From contig CM052816.1 of NCBI GenBank assembly GCA_028534125.1, positions 34,908,001 through 34,972,000 on the forward strand: 64,000 bases of DNA, written 5' to 3'. Each line of letters starts with the position of its first letter. The stretch's first letter is position 1. The notes under the pieces were generated by a model that worked only from the letters and a program-made list of their open reading frames with translations, made no database searches and was not told the DNA's origin. The stretch comes from Lama glama. Lineage: Eukaryota. Shown here in pieces: positions 38,027-49,945 of the stretch. The position numbers and the translations under genes are program-made.

Positions 38027-40692
38027 TTTTTTTTTAATGAGCTATAATTGACATGTAATGTTTTAGTTTCAGGTGTACAACATAATGATTCCATATTAGT
38101 ATCTACTGCAAAATGATCACCACAGCAAATCTAATTAGCATCTGACAGCACATGTAGTTGCAAAAATTTCATTCTTGGGATGAGAACTTTTAAAATTTAC
38201 TCTCAGCAACTTTGAAGTATGCAATACAATACTATTATCTGTAGTCCCCATGCTGTACATTACATCTCCATGACTTCTTAACTTTGTAACTGGAAATTTA
38301 TACCTTTTGACCTCCTTCACCTATTTCACCAAGATCCTCCGCCCTTCGCCTCTGGCAACCACCAGCCTGTTGTCTATTTTCTCATTTGGAGGGGGGTCTT
38401 TTTTTCTTTTGAAGACAAAGTAGTGATAACATGTAAGTGAGATCACACAGTATTTGTCTTTATGACTTACTTCACTTAGAATAATGGTCTCAAGTTCCAT
38501 CCATGTTGTCACAAATGACAAGATTTCATTCGTTTTTATGCCTGAATAATATTCCATTGTATATAAATACCACATTTCTTTATTCATTAATCTTTCATTT
38601 GGACATTTAGGTTACTTCCATGTCTTGGCTATTGTAAGCAATGCTGCAGTGAACATGGAGGTGCGTACATCTTTTTGCATTAGTATTTTCATATTCTTTG
38701 GATAAATACCCAGAAGTGGAATTGCCAGTAGTTCTATTTTTAATTTTTGGGGGGAAACTCTATGCTGTTTTCCATAGTAGCTGCAGCAATTTAAATTTCC
38801 ACCAACAGTGCACAAGGGTTTCCTTTTTTTCCACATTCTTGTCAACATTCATTCTTTCTTATCTTTTTGATAATAGCCATTCTGACATGTGTAAGGTAAC
38901 ATCTCACTGCAGTTTTGATTTGCGTTTCACTGATGATTAGTGGCACTTTTTTGTATACCTGTTGGCCTTCTTTATGTCTTCTTTGGGAAAATGTCTATTC
39001 AGGTTCTCTGCCCATTTTTAAACTGAATCACTATTATTATTTTATTTCTGCTATTGAGTTGTATGAGTTCTTTATAAATTTTGGGTATTAACCCCTTATC
39101 AGTTATATGCTTGGCAAACATTTTCTCCCATTCAGTAGCTTGCCTTTTTATTTTGTTGATGGTTTCCTTTGCTGTGCAGAAGCATTTTAGTTTAATATAG
39201 CCCTACTTGTTTATTTTTGCTTTTGTTGCCTTTGCTTTGGTGTCAAGTCCAAAAAAAATCATCACTGAAACTGATATCAAGGAGCTTACTGCCTGTGTTT
39301 TCTTCCAGGAGTTTTATGGCTTGAGGTTGTCATACGAGTCTTTAATCCACGTTGAGTTAATTTTTGTGTATGGTGTGAGATAGCGGTCCACTTTCATTCT
39401 TTTGCATGTGGCGTCCGGTTTTCCCAACAATATTTATTGAAGAGACTGTTCTTTCCTCACTGTATATTCTTGGCTCCTATGTCATGATTAATTTGCCATA
39501 TATGTGTGGATTTATTTCTGGGCTCTCAATTATTTCCCATTGATCTATGTGTCTGTTTTTATGCCAATACAGTACTATTTTGATAACTGTAGCTTTGTAG
39601 TGTACTTTGAAATCTGGGCATATGGTGCCTCCAGCTCTGTCCTTTGTTCTTCTCAACATTGCTTTGGATACCCAGGGTCTTGTGGTTCCATACAAACTTT
39701 AGGCTTGTTTGTTGTGTTTCTGTGAAAAATGCCATTAGAGTTTTGATAAGGGTTGCACTGACTCTCTAGATTTCTTTGGGTAGTATGGACATTTAATCCT
39801 ATTAATTTTTACAATCCATGAGCATGGTTATCTTTCCATTTATTTGTGTCTTCTTCAGTTTTTTTCATCAGTAAATTGTAGTTTTTAGTGTACAGATCTT
39901 TCACCTCCTTGGTTTAATTTATTCCTAGGTTATTCTTTTTGATGCAATTGTAAATGAGATTATTTTCTTCACTTCTCTTTTGGATAGTTTGTTATTAGTG
40001 TGTAGAAATGCAGCAGACTCTTGTATATTGATTTTGTATCCTACAACTTTACTGAATTCTTTGATTAATTCTGACAATTTTTTCATGGAGTCTTTAGGGT
40101 TTTCTATATATAATAGCATGTCACCTGCAAATACTGACAGTTTTACTTCTTCCTTTCTAATTTGAATAGTTTGTTTCTTTTTCTTGCCTAATTGTTCTGG
40201 CTAAACTGCCAATACTATGTTGAATAAAAGTGGTTAGTGTGGGCATCCTTGTTTTGCTCCTGATCTTAGAGGAGAACTTTTCAGCTTCTGATCATCAAGT
40301 ATGTAGTTAGCTGTGGGTTTGTCAAATATGGCCTTTACTATATTGAGGTACATTTCCTCTATACCCACTTTGTTGAGAGGTTTTTTTTTTTTTTATCATA
40401 AATGGTTGTTGAATTTGGCCAAAAGCTTTTTCTGCATCTGTTGAGATCATCATATGGTTTTTATACTTCATTTTGTTAATGTGGTGAATTACATTCCTTG
40501 ATTTGTGGTGGTCAAACTATCCTTACCTCCCTGGAATTAATACCATGTGATCATGATGTATAATCCTTTCAAAGTATTGCTGAATTTATTTATTTATTTT
40601 TTTCCATCTATGTTCATCACCTACATTGGCCTGTAATTTTCTTTTCCTGTGGTGTCCTTATCTGGTTTTGGTATCAGGGTAAAACTGGCCTT
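38027..40692 (-). mobile_element. 5'-truncated L1 (L1MA9-like), 2.7 kb, decayed ORF2 RT and C-terminus
   Basis: Poly-T and L1MA-type 3'UTR. ORF fragments [33 protein letters not shown] and YIENPKDSMKKLSELIKEFSKVVGYKINIQ are L1 ORF2 signatures. RT motif reads LSVFAGDM at 40117-40140 (FADD changed to FAGD). Many stops and frameshifts. Confidence 0.95.
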
Positions 40693-41525
40693 GGAGTTGG
40701 TATTCTTAAAAAGAGACAAAGGCATGTAAATTGGCCCCTCTGAATGGGCTGTGTCAGTTGGGAATCATTTGACTGACAGACACTATGTGCCTGAAATCTC
40801 TCCGCCCTCCCATACTGACCATGACCCCTTAATTATTTCTCTAACTATAGTCCCTAGAGGGTTGCCCTGCCAGTCCTCTAATTATCCCCAGGTAGGCCTG
40901 AATCCTCCAGGGACATGGTTTCAACTGGAGCTGATGCCTGAATCCTACAGAGGATGTGTTTTAGGCTTGAGCTGTGTCCCCTGCTGCATACAGTTTAGGT
41001 AACTGAAATTTTGAGGGATGTCATCGCTTACTCATGCCCCCACAGCTGGGGAAGCTTTCCTTCTCATGTGCCAGGCCAGTCTGTTTGCTTGCCTTGCTCT
41101 TTCCCAGTCTGCACCAGCCAGCTTCACTGAGTCCTGCAAGCAGCACACTGCCTTTATAATCAACTGTACGCAGTAGCCCAAGATGGCTGAACTTGCACTG
41201 ACGAGATAATGAAAGGGGAGCAGTTTAGAGTGAAATATGTCTGTACTTGAGCAGAGTCACATGTCTGGCTCTGAATTACATTGCCAGTACTTTCCATATA
41301 GTTCAATTCCAATGAGGAATCATTTTTTTTCCTTTTCCCTATATTTCCTTTTAGGTATATTTTCTAGAAGCTTGCCCCTCTTCACCCCCAATGCATTGCA
41401 TGGATCCTAAATAAACCTCACTTTGCACAAGTTCAATATCACAAAGTTAATATATTGCAAACAAGAGGGCTCTGAATGGGACAGTTAGGGAGGCAAGGTC
41501 CAGCAGGGTCCCTTAGTCTTAGAAT

Positions 41526-41637
41526 TGGTGACTGCACCTCTCACCTTGCTGGGGATGGTCCTGTGGTCCCAGCTTAGTTATTAAGAGCATCCTCTTTCCC
41601 TGTCAAGATCATCCCATAGACGTTTATGGCCCCACCC
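41526..41637. mobile_element. MER94-like hAT-Blackjack MITE
   Basis: 'ggtgac...cctgtggtcccagcttagttattaagagcatcctctttccctgtcaaga...tatggcccc'. Confidence 0.55.
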
Positions 41638-43515
41638 TTTCACGCTTCCAACCCCACTTTAGCATCTGTGCACCAGTGACCTGAGACATTGCTTTACTTT
41701 GTGGGCGTGAAAGTAGCATGATTCTTGCGATTTCTGTCAGTCAACACCACTTCCTTGTAGATGTCCCCCGAAAGGCAGGTCTTTGAGAGTGTCCTGAGCT
41801 AGAATTGCTTTGGGGTGGATGAGGTAATAGATAGGATATGTCCTTGATATTTAGCCTAAGCTGTACTAGTGTGAGATATTCCAGTAGCTGTTAATGTCAT
41901 AACTGGCATAAAAGAGCTTTAAGTAGGTTCATAAGGTGAAGATTTCCCCAAAATTCCAACAGTGATACAAATTAAAGAACAGGCTCCTAAGAAGAAAAAG
42001 GGTATCAACCACTTCCTCCTCCACCTCCTCTATTCTCCCTCCTCCCAGCACTTAGAGAATATTCCCACTGTGAGTGGTGGCAGTATTCTATAAGTGCTCT
42101 TTTCCTGGGCTTCTGAGCACCCTGAGGGATATGGAGACCGTAGGCAAAGAAGGATCCGTGAGCCCAAGGACTGAGTTACATGAGGAGACAGACAGATGGA
42201 GAAATCTAGGGCTGCTGCAGGGAGCCAGAATTTGGGAAGCAGAGCTTAGAAGGGCAGATGCAAAGGGAGAAAAGAATAGGGGAAGTTTCCCACATGACAC
42301 CCACCGCTGGAAGAGGTATAGTGTTTGAAACCTTTCAGAGAACTAACCCATATGGTTCTCCTGTTACCCATTCTGTTTTCCACAATCTAGGAGCATATTT
42401 TGCTCTGTAATAAATGAGTAGATGTCAGTTGCCACCTCCTTTAATTTGTGCTTAGCACATGTGCCTTTGTACAAGGCAAATCTTCCTCATGTCCACACTC
42501 CACACCTGGGGCTAAGTTTGGGATGACAGTACTTAGGCAGCCCCCTTTCCCCACTCTGGCCTCGTGGAGGGGTGGGTACGACAGTGAAGTGGCATGGTCC
42601 TTCTAGACACATGAGAAGGTGTTGCTGCTCTGCTGGCTTCGCTGTGAGGCCCTCATTCATTCTTTCTCTCTCAGTTAACTCCAAAGCTAGAAGAAAGATT
42701 TATTCCTTACCTCATCATTGAGGTTTCTATTTCTAAAAAGCATTTCCAGACAGTTATAGATAGGGAGAAATTATCCCATCCATAAGAGATATAAAAATAC
42801 CAATTTCCTCCCTTTAAAAAATGTGCTTCCAAGGAACCTGGAGAACACAAATGAATCAGGAGACTACGATATGGCTCTCTGTTCATGGTGCTGAGCTGGC
42901 AAGGGAGCCTGCAGATGTACCCAAGACAGACAGACAGACGGACAGATCTCATTTAGTCTCCTGGTAATCTCTAGTGTCAAGGCTCTAGGCTTATTTTGTA
43001 CTTTTTCACTGTCAACATCTCGCAAGGAAAAAATGCTAGGGAATAAAAAGAAAAAAGAAAAAGATTTTTAAAGCAGGCATCCTCATGTATCACGCAGAGG
43101 AGGATCAGAGGAAGCACCAAGGCAACACAGTTCTTGATGTGCTTCTGAGTGAAAAAGCCTTGTGTTTGATCTTTAGTGAGAACAATATCATTATTTTTTT
43201 TAAACCCCAAGGCCAAATATCCCTGACCATGGTCGTGTTTTGCTTTGCAGTCTGATACTTGACAGCAAATTACAGGGATGGGAAAGCTAGGGCTCTTGTA
43301 AAATAGCTGATCAGCAATTCAAAACCTAGAAATCAAAGAGCCTGTTAGCCAGTTTGGCTGTTCTGAGCACCATTTTCCTAGTGGGTCTAAGAGCCCCATT
43401 CTTGTAGAAGCCAGAAGGAATTGGGGTGGTATGTGGGGGCTAGTCTGAGAAAGGAAATGCACTTACACAGCATCATTGAATGTGGGGTGAAGAGTCTCTG
43501 CGAGTGAAGGAAGCC

Positions 43516-43778
43516 AGGGTTTTCCAAATGCCAATTATTTGCATACAGTCCTCACAGTGTTTCTGTAGCCATATACCACCTGGATTGGCATTTATTTACT
43601 CTGTACAATTTTTTTCATTTAGTTTATCTTAAATGGATATTATCTCATTGGTTTGATGGGCTAGTTAAAATTTTTATTACCGCATATTGGAATAAACATG
43701 TACTATAAATAAGATGTATCACCTAAGTCATCTCCAAGATTACCTAGTAGCTTCCATACCACTTGGAGGAAATATTGG
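43516..43778. mobile_element. Ancient hAT-Charlie MITE (MER113-like)
   Basis: 'cagggttttccaaa...gccatataccacctg...ataccacttggaggaaatattg' termini. Confidence 0.45.
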
Positions 43779-44756
43779 GTAGGTGGGGTCCCTGTATGCA
43801 GAGGGCCGCAGCCATAATAATGGGTGTGTTAGCATTTTCCAGTTTCTAATGCCTTGGACTCAGTGGCATACCCCTCCTGGCTATCTGGGTCCACCAAAAG
43901 CATTAGCTTCTCAATGTTTGATTGGAATGATATCAACACAGGTATAACACTGCAGATTTCATGAGATCAACTGACTTTTTTAATATGCACAGCTGATTTG
44001 GATAGACTTTTTTTTCAAAGTATATGTGTTGAGGGGATAATAAAAATGGGTTTTTAGTGGTGGAAAGTTTAGTAGCCACTGGTTCAGATCACCCGTTCTC
44101 TGATAAGATGAAGAAACTGAGGTCTGGAGAACTCCAGGGGCACACATTGAGAGCCCTGAAACTCAGGTACCCTACTCTGGTCACGTTCCTTCTCCTCTAT
44201 GTCACTCACCTCTGCCATCTCTGTCTCTCCTCAGGGCCAGTAGCTCTTGACCACATCAGTACTAAATGCGTGGCCACAGCTCTTCCCAGGGAGGGGCAAT
44301 TCCCTAACCTCAAAGGAATCACAGGCTGGGAAATGTGCTAGAGGTACCATTTAAATGGATTCAAACAGTGGTGTGTCCAGTGTGGGTGGATAAGACCCTG
44401 TGTACAAGGACCATGAGAATTTTCCTTAATCTTTGTCTGCATTCAGGATAGACCAGGGCTTGAATCATAGAAATGATTGAATAAAATATGGTTGAATAAA
44501 TAAGTGGGAGGGTGAGTAAATTAAATGAAAGTGGAAAGTGCCTCCACTGTTCGTTGGACCCAGCTCCTCAATACAGCAAAGTAGTGCTAGACCCCCTCCC
44601 CTCACCACCCCACTTTTCCTCCTAAGGCAAATGTCTTTTGATGCCAGCATAGAGGATAGAGCCAGGAGTCTTAACCTGCCACACAGGCTACAGTTGATGC
44701 TTCTGGGCATATTTAGTTTGGAGAAGAGTAGAGGGGCGTGACACTACTTTCAAGGC

Positions 44757-45618
44757 TGTGACAGACAAAACCTAAGGTGACCCCCAGTGAGTCATGTCCT
44801 TTTGCAATAATCTTCTCTGACTGTGGGTGGACCTGTGGTATTCTTTTATTGAACAGAATATGTGATGCAAAATGATGGCATGTCACTCTTTTTTTTTAAA
44901 CTTTTTTATTGAAGTAGAGTTGATTTACAATGTTGTGTTCATTTCAGGTGTACAGCAAAGTGATTCAGTTATATATGTATTTTTTCATATTCTTTTTTAT
45001 TATAAGTTATTATAAGATATTGAATATAGTTCCCTGTAATATACAGTATAAGCCCTTGCTGTTTATCTATTTTATTTTATATATAGTAGTGTGTTTCTGT
45101 TAATCCTAATCTCTTAATTTAAACCTCCCCTCCTCTCCTTCCCCATGTCACTCTCTTGAAGAGATTATTTCATGTGGCAAATGTACTCCCATGGTTATTT
45201 TTCATTATTTGAGACTCTGTCTTCTAAGACTAGGAAGAGAAATTCTTCCAGTGGCCTTGAAGAAGCAAGCTGCTGTCAAGTCAACTGCCTGTGAAGGGGG
45301 TCACATGGCAGGAAATTGTGGGTGGCCTAAGAAAGCTGAAAGCAACCTCTGGCCAACAGCCAGTAATAACAGGGAGCTCAGTCCTACAGTTTCGAAGACA
45401 TGGATTCTGCCACCAACCTGAGGGAGCTTGAAAGTTATTTTTTCCCCATTTGAGTCTCTGATGACACTGTAGCCCTGGCCGACAACTAGATTGCAACCTG
45501 GTGCAAAGGACCCAGCTAAGCTGTGTCTCCTGATGGAAATTGTGAGCTGATAAATGTGTATTGTTTAAAGCCTTTAAGTTTATGGTAATTTGTTATGTAG
45601 CAATAGAAACCTAATACA
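44757..45618 (+). mobile_element. MLT1E/F-like MaLR solo LTR containing an L1 3' insertion
   Basis: 'tgtgacagac...aaggtgaccccca...ggccttgaagaagcaagctgc...ggtaatttgttatgtagcaatagaaacctaataca'; TSD aaggc/aagtc. Confidence 0.85.
44890..45143 (-). mobile_element. Short L1 3' end with 11-bp TSD
   Basis: TSD catgtcactct at 44879-44889 and 45144-45154; poly-T then 'attgaagtagagttgatttacaatgttgtg'. Confidence 0.92.
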
Positions 45619-45639
45619 AAGTCCTTCTTTTTGTCACAT

Positions 45640-45790
45640 CCTTGGCTAGATGTTTAAGAATGTATAGTCTCATTTAATTTTCACAAAACCCATATGAAGT
45701 AGGCACCATAATTTAACAAATTTTATACATGTGGAAACTGACAAGATTTGAACCCAGGTAGACTTCCAATAACTGAATACTTATGACTAG
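45640..45790 (-). mobile_element. MIR fragment
   Basis: 'tctcatttaattttcacaaaaccatatgaagtagg...ttttatacatgtggaaactga...gatttgaacccaggtagactt'. Confidence 0.6.
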
Positions 45791-45792
45791 GA

Positions 45793-46210
45793 CTATGGTT
45801 CCCAAATTGTGTGCTGAGGCATCCCAAAGTACCATAGAAATTCACAGGCATCCCACAGAATATTTTAAAAATTTGATGAAAAAAAAATTTGAGGGAAACC
45901 TCTGTTGAATATCATGTGAATTACTAGCTCCATGTAGCTTACAGTTTCAACATTAGAACATACTTCAGCCTATTTGATGATATCATATCTTTGTGAAGCT
46001 GGATCTTCAATGGCTGCTGCAATAAAAAGCCAGTACTGAATAAACACCAGTGTGGAACCGGAAATAAGGGGTGGTTAAGTCCAATCTGATTCCAGGGTTG
46101 GAGAAGATGTGCAGCGCCCAACAGGTACACATCCCATTAGTAAGTTATTGTGGCTTTTAAAGAACAAAATCAAAATATTTTTTCTTTCAATTTATATGTA
46201 TTATTCCAAG
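45793..46210 (+). mobile_element. Charlie4a-like hAT element with decayed transposase C-terminus
   Basis: 45977-46140 translates, with a stop and frameshift, to SYLCEAGSS..IKSQY..SNLIPGLEKMCSAQQ, matching the hAT dimerisation-domain motif (S/T)YLCE.GFS. Confidence 0.8.
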
Positions 46211-48204
46211 CTACTAAATTGTTAGGATATACAGGTGAAGCCCAGGCTGACGGCCAGAAAGGATCCAAACGTGGGGGTCCTGTGGGCTCTGGAGGCCCCG
46301 TGTGCAGCCCAGGCACTGCCCTGAGCAGCGTGTCCACAGAGCCTGAGCCGCCCACGTTGTGTGTAAAATGATCTCCAGTGCAGTCCCTGTTATTTTTGTT
46401 TGCATCCTTTATTCCATTCTTTCCTTCCGGTGATTTCTCTTCCCTGATTTACCCCTCAGGGTTCTGGCTCGCCCAGAGCCGGGCTGGGCTCCAGGAAGGG
46501 GAAGTGGAAGATACAGGGATAGTTCCCACAGGCTCGCTGATTAATTTTAAACATCTCTGTGCTCCCTGGACACTCGTTTCTCAAGCCAGCCTCCTCTTGA
46601 CATTCTCTCTATTTCTGTATTATCCTCCCTGCTTACCACGGAGATTCGGATTTGATTAGCAATGTGCACTGGTAAAGACAGACAGCCCCTCCATGATTTA
46701 AAATTCGCTGCTCTAATTTAATCTCTTCTTTGATGTTTCTCGTTTAGAGGCAGCGTAATCAGTTGGGTTTTCTTGGCTGCTGTTCATAGCTCCAAGTTTT
46801 AGCTGTGGAGTCAACGTATTTGCCCTTCCCTGGCCTTTCCCCCGAGTAATCAGCCTTAACAAGCATTCTGCCGCCCTGTGAAAAATGCTTTCTCTCTTAT
46901 CTCTCCAAATACTCTATTGTCTCATAAATTCCTTACCCCTCAGAGTCACTGATTTGCTTCAGGCATCTGTTAGACCAGGGACCCTGCCGTGTTCTCTGGC
47001 ATTTCGGGGCCAGCTGCGGGCCAAAGCGCTTGGTTTTGTTGGGGTGGGAAAATGTGTGGCAGGATTCAGATGAACAATGTATCAATTTTAGGTTACTGAG
47101 CCTTGGGAAAACTCTGGTGTAAGCTGGTGATTCCTTTCCCAAGGTCTTATCTCTTGAGCCCAGTCACACTTCTGAGCAAAACATTTCCCAGTGGCAACCT
47201 CTCAGGGAGGATCCTTGCCTGAGAACTGTGTGAAGTGGTTTAGCAGGGAGTTTCTTGACTAGACTCCCTATCATTGCCATCCTGTGTACCTTCTTGAGAA
47301 ACCTTACTCTGAGGAGAGAAGGCTAGTGGTGGGGAGAGGAACTGGGGTACAAGGGGAGGGAGGCGTGGAGGAGGCGCAGGGACACTGGAGATGGGGTTAT
47401 TCATGCAGAATCCTATGTGAGTGAGTGTGTGAGTGTGTGACAGTGAGTGTGGGTGAGCGTGTGTGTAGGGCAGGAGGGAGGATAGAGGTGTAGCTAAAAC
47501 AAAAATCTCACTATTTCAAATTGAGTTTCAAGACAAGCTTCCAAGAAGCTCAGTCATTTGCCTTTTCTCCTTTTTCCCAAAGACCTTGGAATGAATGGAT
47601 TCCAAATATTGTGGGAGGCAGGAGAAAGGAGCTGGTCAACTAGACCCCTAAGCTTTTATTCCTTCATTGGACAAGCTGTCTTCTTTTTTAAAGAAAAATG
47701 TTTTGTATAGGTTATATATGTACATGATTTAAAGAGTAAAACACTATTAAAGGTGTGTGCTGGCATGCCCACATCACTTCCCCTTTTCTTTCTAGCATTA
47801 CTCAAGATACTTCTGAAATAAAAGACCACCTACTATAGCTACAGTTGTGCATCTTGCATTTTAAAAAGTTTATTATGACAGATTTCAAACAAAGAACAAA
47901 GTTGGAAGATTTTTAACAATTCGTAGATCAACCACATGCCCATTATTTATATTTAACAAATAACATTTTTTCTACACTTTAAAAAAAAATCACATACTTA
48001 TTCATTTTTTCATCTCATGACTCTATCAGTTCATCTTTAAAAAAAATACATTTCAAAGTAAATCACAGCCATCATCACACTCCTATATAGTTCAGCATGA
48101 ATATCATTAGAGTTCAACATTTGTTTACTTTTCTTTGGTATAAGTTTTACAAACAATGAAGTGCACAAATCCTGAGTGTATGTTCGCTGATTGTGACAAA
48201 TCAA

Positions 48205-48554
48205 TGTCCTTCTGTCAGCGGAGGGAGGCCGAAGAGGGATTCGAGGAGGTGAGCCGCCCAACTAGAAAAAAGCATAAGGAGCGTGAGGAGCTGACATGAA
48301 GCAAACACACTTTACTGCAGAACAAGTCGGTGGCGCACGCGGCGACGGAGCTCAGGTGTACACGCTTGTCCTTTTAGAATGCTAGTGGCGCATGCGTAGT
48401 GTTCATAATGCGGACTCATGCTACTGGCGCATGCGTATTGTTTATAATGCAGACTCATCCTACTAGCGCATGCGTAAATTTACCTCTTACCAAGTGCAGG
48501 CTATTGTGAACTTTGGCCTGGGCCCCACAGCCTACTCACTTAAGGCTGCGGACA
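48205..48554 (-). mobile_element. CpG-rich solo LTR (ERV2/betaretrovirus-like)
   Basis: Interrupts the host L1 3'UTR; inverted termini TGTCC...GGACA (alternative ends 48213-48529); AGTAAA poly(A) signal on the minus strand at 48311-48316; tandem 39-bp U3 repeats. Confidence 0.7.
48382..48476. repeat. 39-bp tandem repeat (2.4 copies), each unit with GCGCATGCGT (NRF1-like)
   Basis: ctagtggcgcatgcgtagtgttcataatgcggactcatg / ctactggcgcatgcgtattgtttataatgcagactcatc / ctactagcgcatgcgta. Confidence 0.92.
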
Positions 48555-48600
48555 CCTTGTAAAACCCAACCCCCACCACTGTGTAGAAGATTATGATTTC

Positions 48601-49945
48601 CTTAATCTTCCAGGTGGAAGCCAGGGGCTATTTTTTTGTTGAAGTGCCCACTGCAGGCCTGGCTGTTGGACGACTGTACAGCTTCCTGTGTGCTGTGGTT
48701 CGGGTCCCTGGCTGAGTGGGCTGAAAGCTATTCAGCAACGGGCAGGCATATGAGTTAGTTTTCCTGCCAGCATCAAGTGGGCGCGCAAGGCTGTTTGTTT
48801 GCAGACTTGACTCAAGCCAACCCATGCCCCGAGTTGCCTGGCTGAAGAGTACCACTGGTTTTGCTCTGTGGATGATGCGCTGAGCCTGCTGTTCTCTCTG
48901 CTTGAGCTTTGCTGGGCCGTGCACTTTCAGGTGTTCCCAATCAGGCCTTCTCGTCAAGAGAGGCCAGAAGCTTCACTCTGCAGTGGGCCAGGCTTTGAAT
49001 TAGGTCTCCTGCCTGGGGAGGTCAGGAAGACAGCTCCATAAAGCTTTCCAGGTATTCCCAATCAGGCTTTCTGGTCAGGAAGTGCCGGCAGCTACACTCA
49101 GCCGCGGGCCAGGCAGTGAATTAGCCCACTTGTCTGCGTGAAGCAAGGGAACTCTCCACGCTCAGTAAGGCTTTCTGTGGTCTTGACTCGAGCTGACCCA
49201 CTCCCTACGTTTCCTGGCCAAATGGAGCCTCTGGTTTTGCTCTGTGGAAGATCGTGTGTGCCTGCCGTACTCCGTGCCTGAGACTTGCTGGGTTAGGCAG
49301 CTTCCAGGTGTTCTCCATCTGCTTTCTGGCCAGGTGGGGTGGGGAGCTCGTCTCAGCAACGAGCTGGGCTGGATCAGTCAGCCCTCCTGCCTTGCTGGGG
49401 GAAGAACGGACTTCAGGGCCAGGAAGGCTCTTCATCTGAGGACCTGAATCCGGCAGACCTGTACCCCACCGAGTTCTACAGTCACACTGTGCCACCGTCT
49501 TGGCTCTGCAGATGAGAAAAGCGGCTGGTTGGGAGTGCTACTTGGACGCTGAAGGTAGGAACTCGGTCTGCCAGGATTAGAGTGCTGGTTGTTGCACGGC
49601 TTCTCCATTGAAATCAGTTTCCCGGTGGTCAGCTCATTCCCCTGCCGTCCTCGTGGGGCAAGACGAGAACGGGGGCTCCCAAGTAGTGACCCACAATGCC
49701 GGGGGAGCTAGAGGTCCACCCGAGCTCTCTTTTCCTGCTGGAGGAGCCCGCTGGCTCAGGGGAGACCTCTGGGCTTTCCAAATGCAGTCTGTCTCGGTCT
49801 CTGTAGGGCAGCGGGTGCCTCCGGCTCACCCCTGTGTTCTCGGTTTCTCTCAGTGGCATTTTGTCCATGAGCAGTTGTTAGCTGTTCTTGTGAGGGGGAG
49901 AAAAGTCCCGAACAACCTATGTCACCATCTTGGTGACGTCCGTCA
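48601..49945 (-). mobile_element. Orphan L1 5'UTR (L1M2/L1MA9-type 5' end), no ORF1/ORF2 attached
   Basis: Minus strand begins 'gacgtcaccaagatggtgacataggttgttc...ccctcacaagaac...ccactgagagaa' (CRE plus YY1-like start); GC-rich with internal monomer-like duplications. Confidence 0.75.

Noticed and set aside
38135..40165. ORF-track peptides with clear protein similarity
   Set aside because: They are broken L1 ORF2 remnants with a mutated RT motif, not a host gene or an active element.
41960..42420. Possible very old LTR remnant ending near AATAAA
   Set aside because: Could not define termini or family from sequence alone.
48382..48476. Repeat-spacer look of the 39-bp units (CRISPR-like)
   Set aside because: The units are contiguous near-identical tandem copies without unique spacers, in mammalian DNA with no cas genes.
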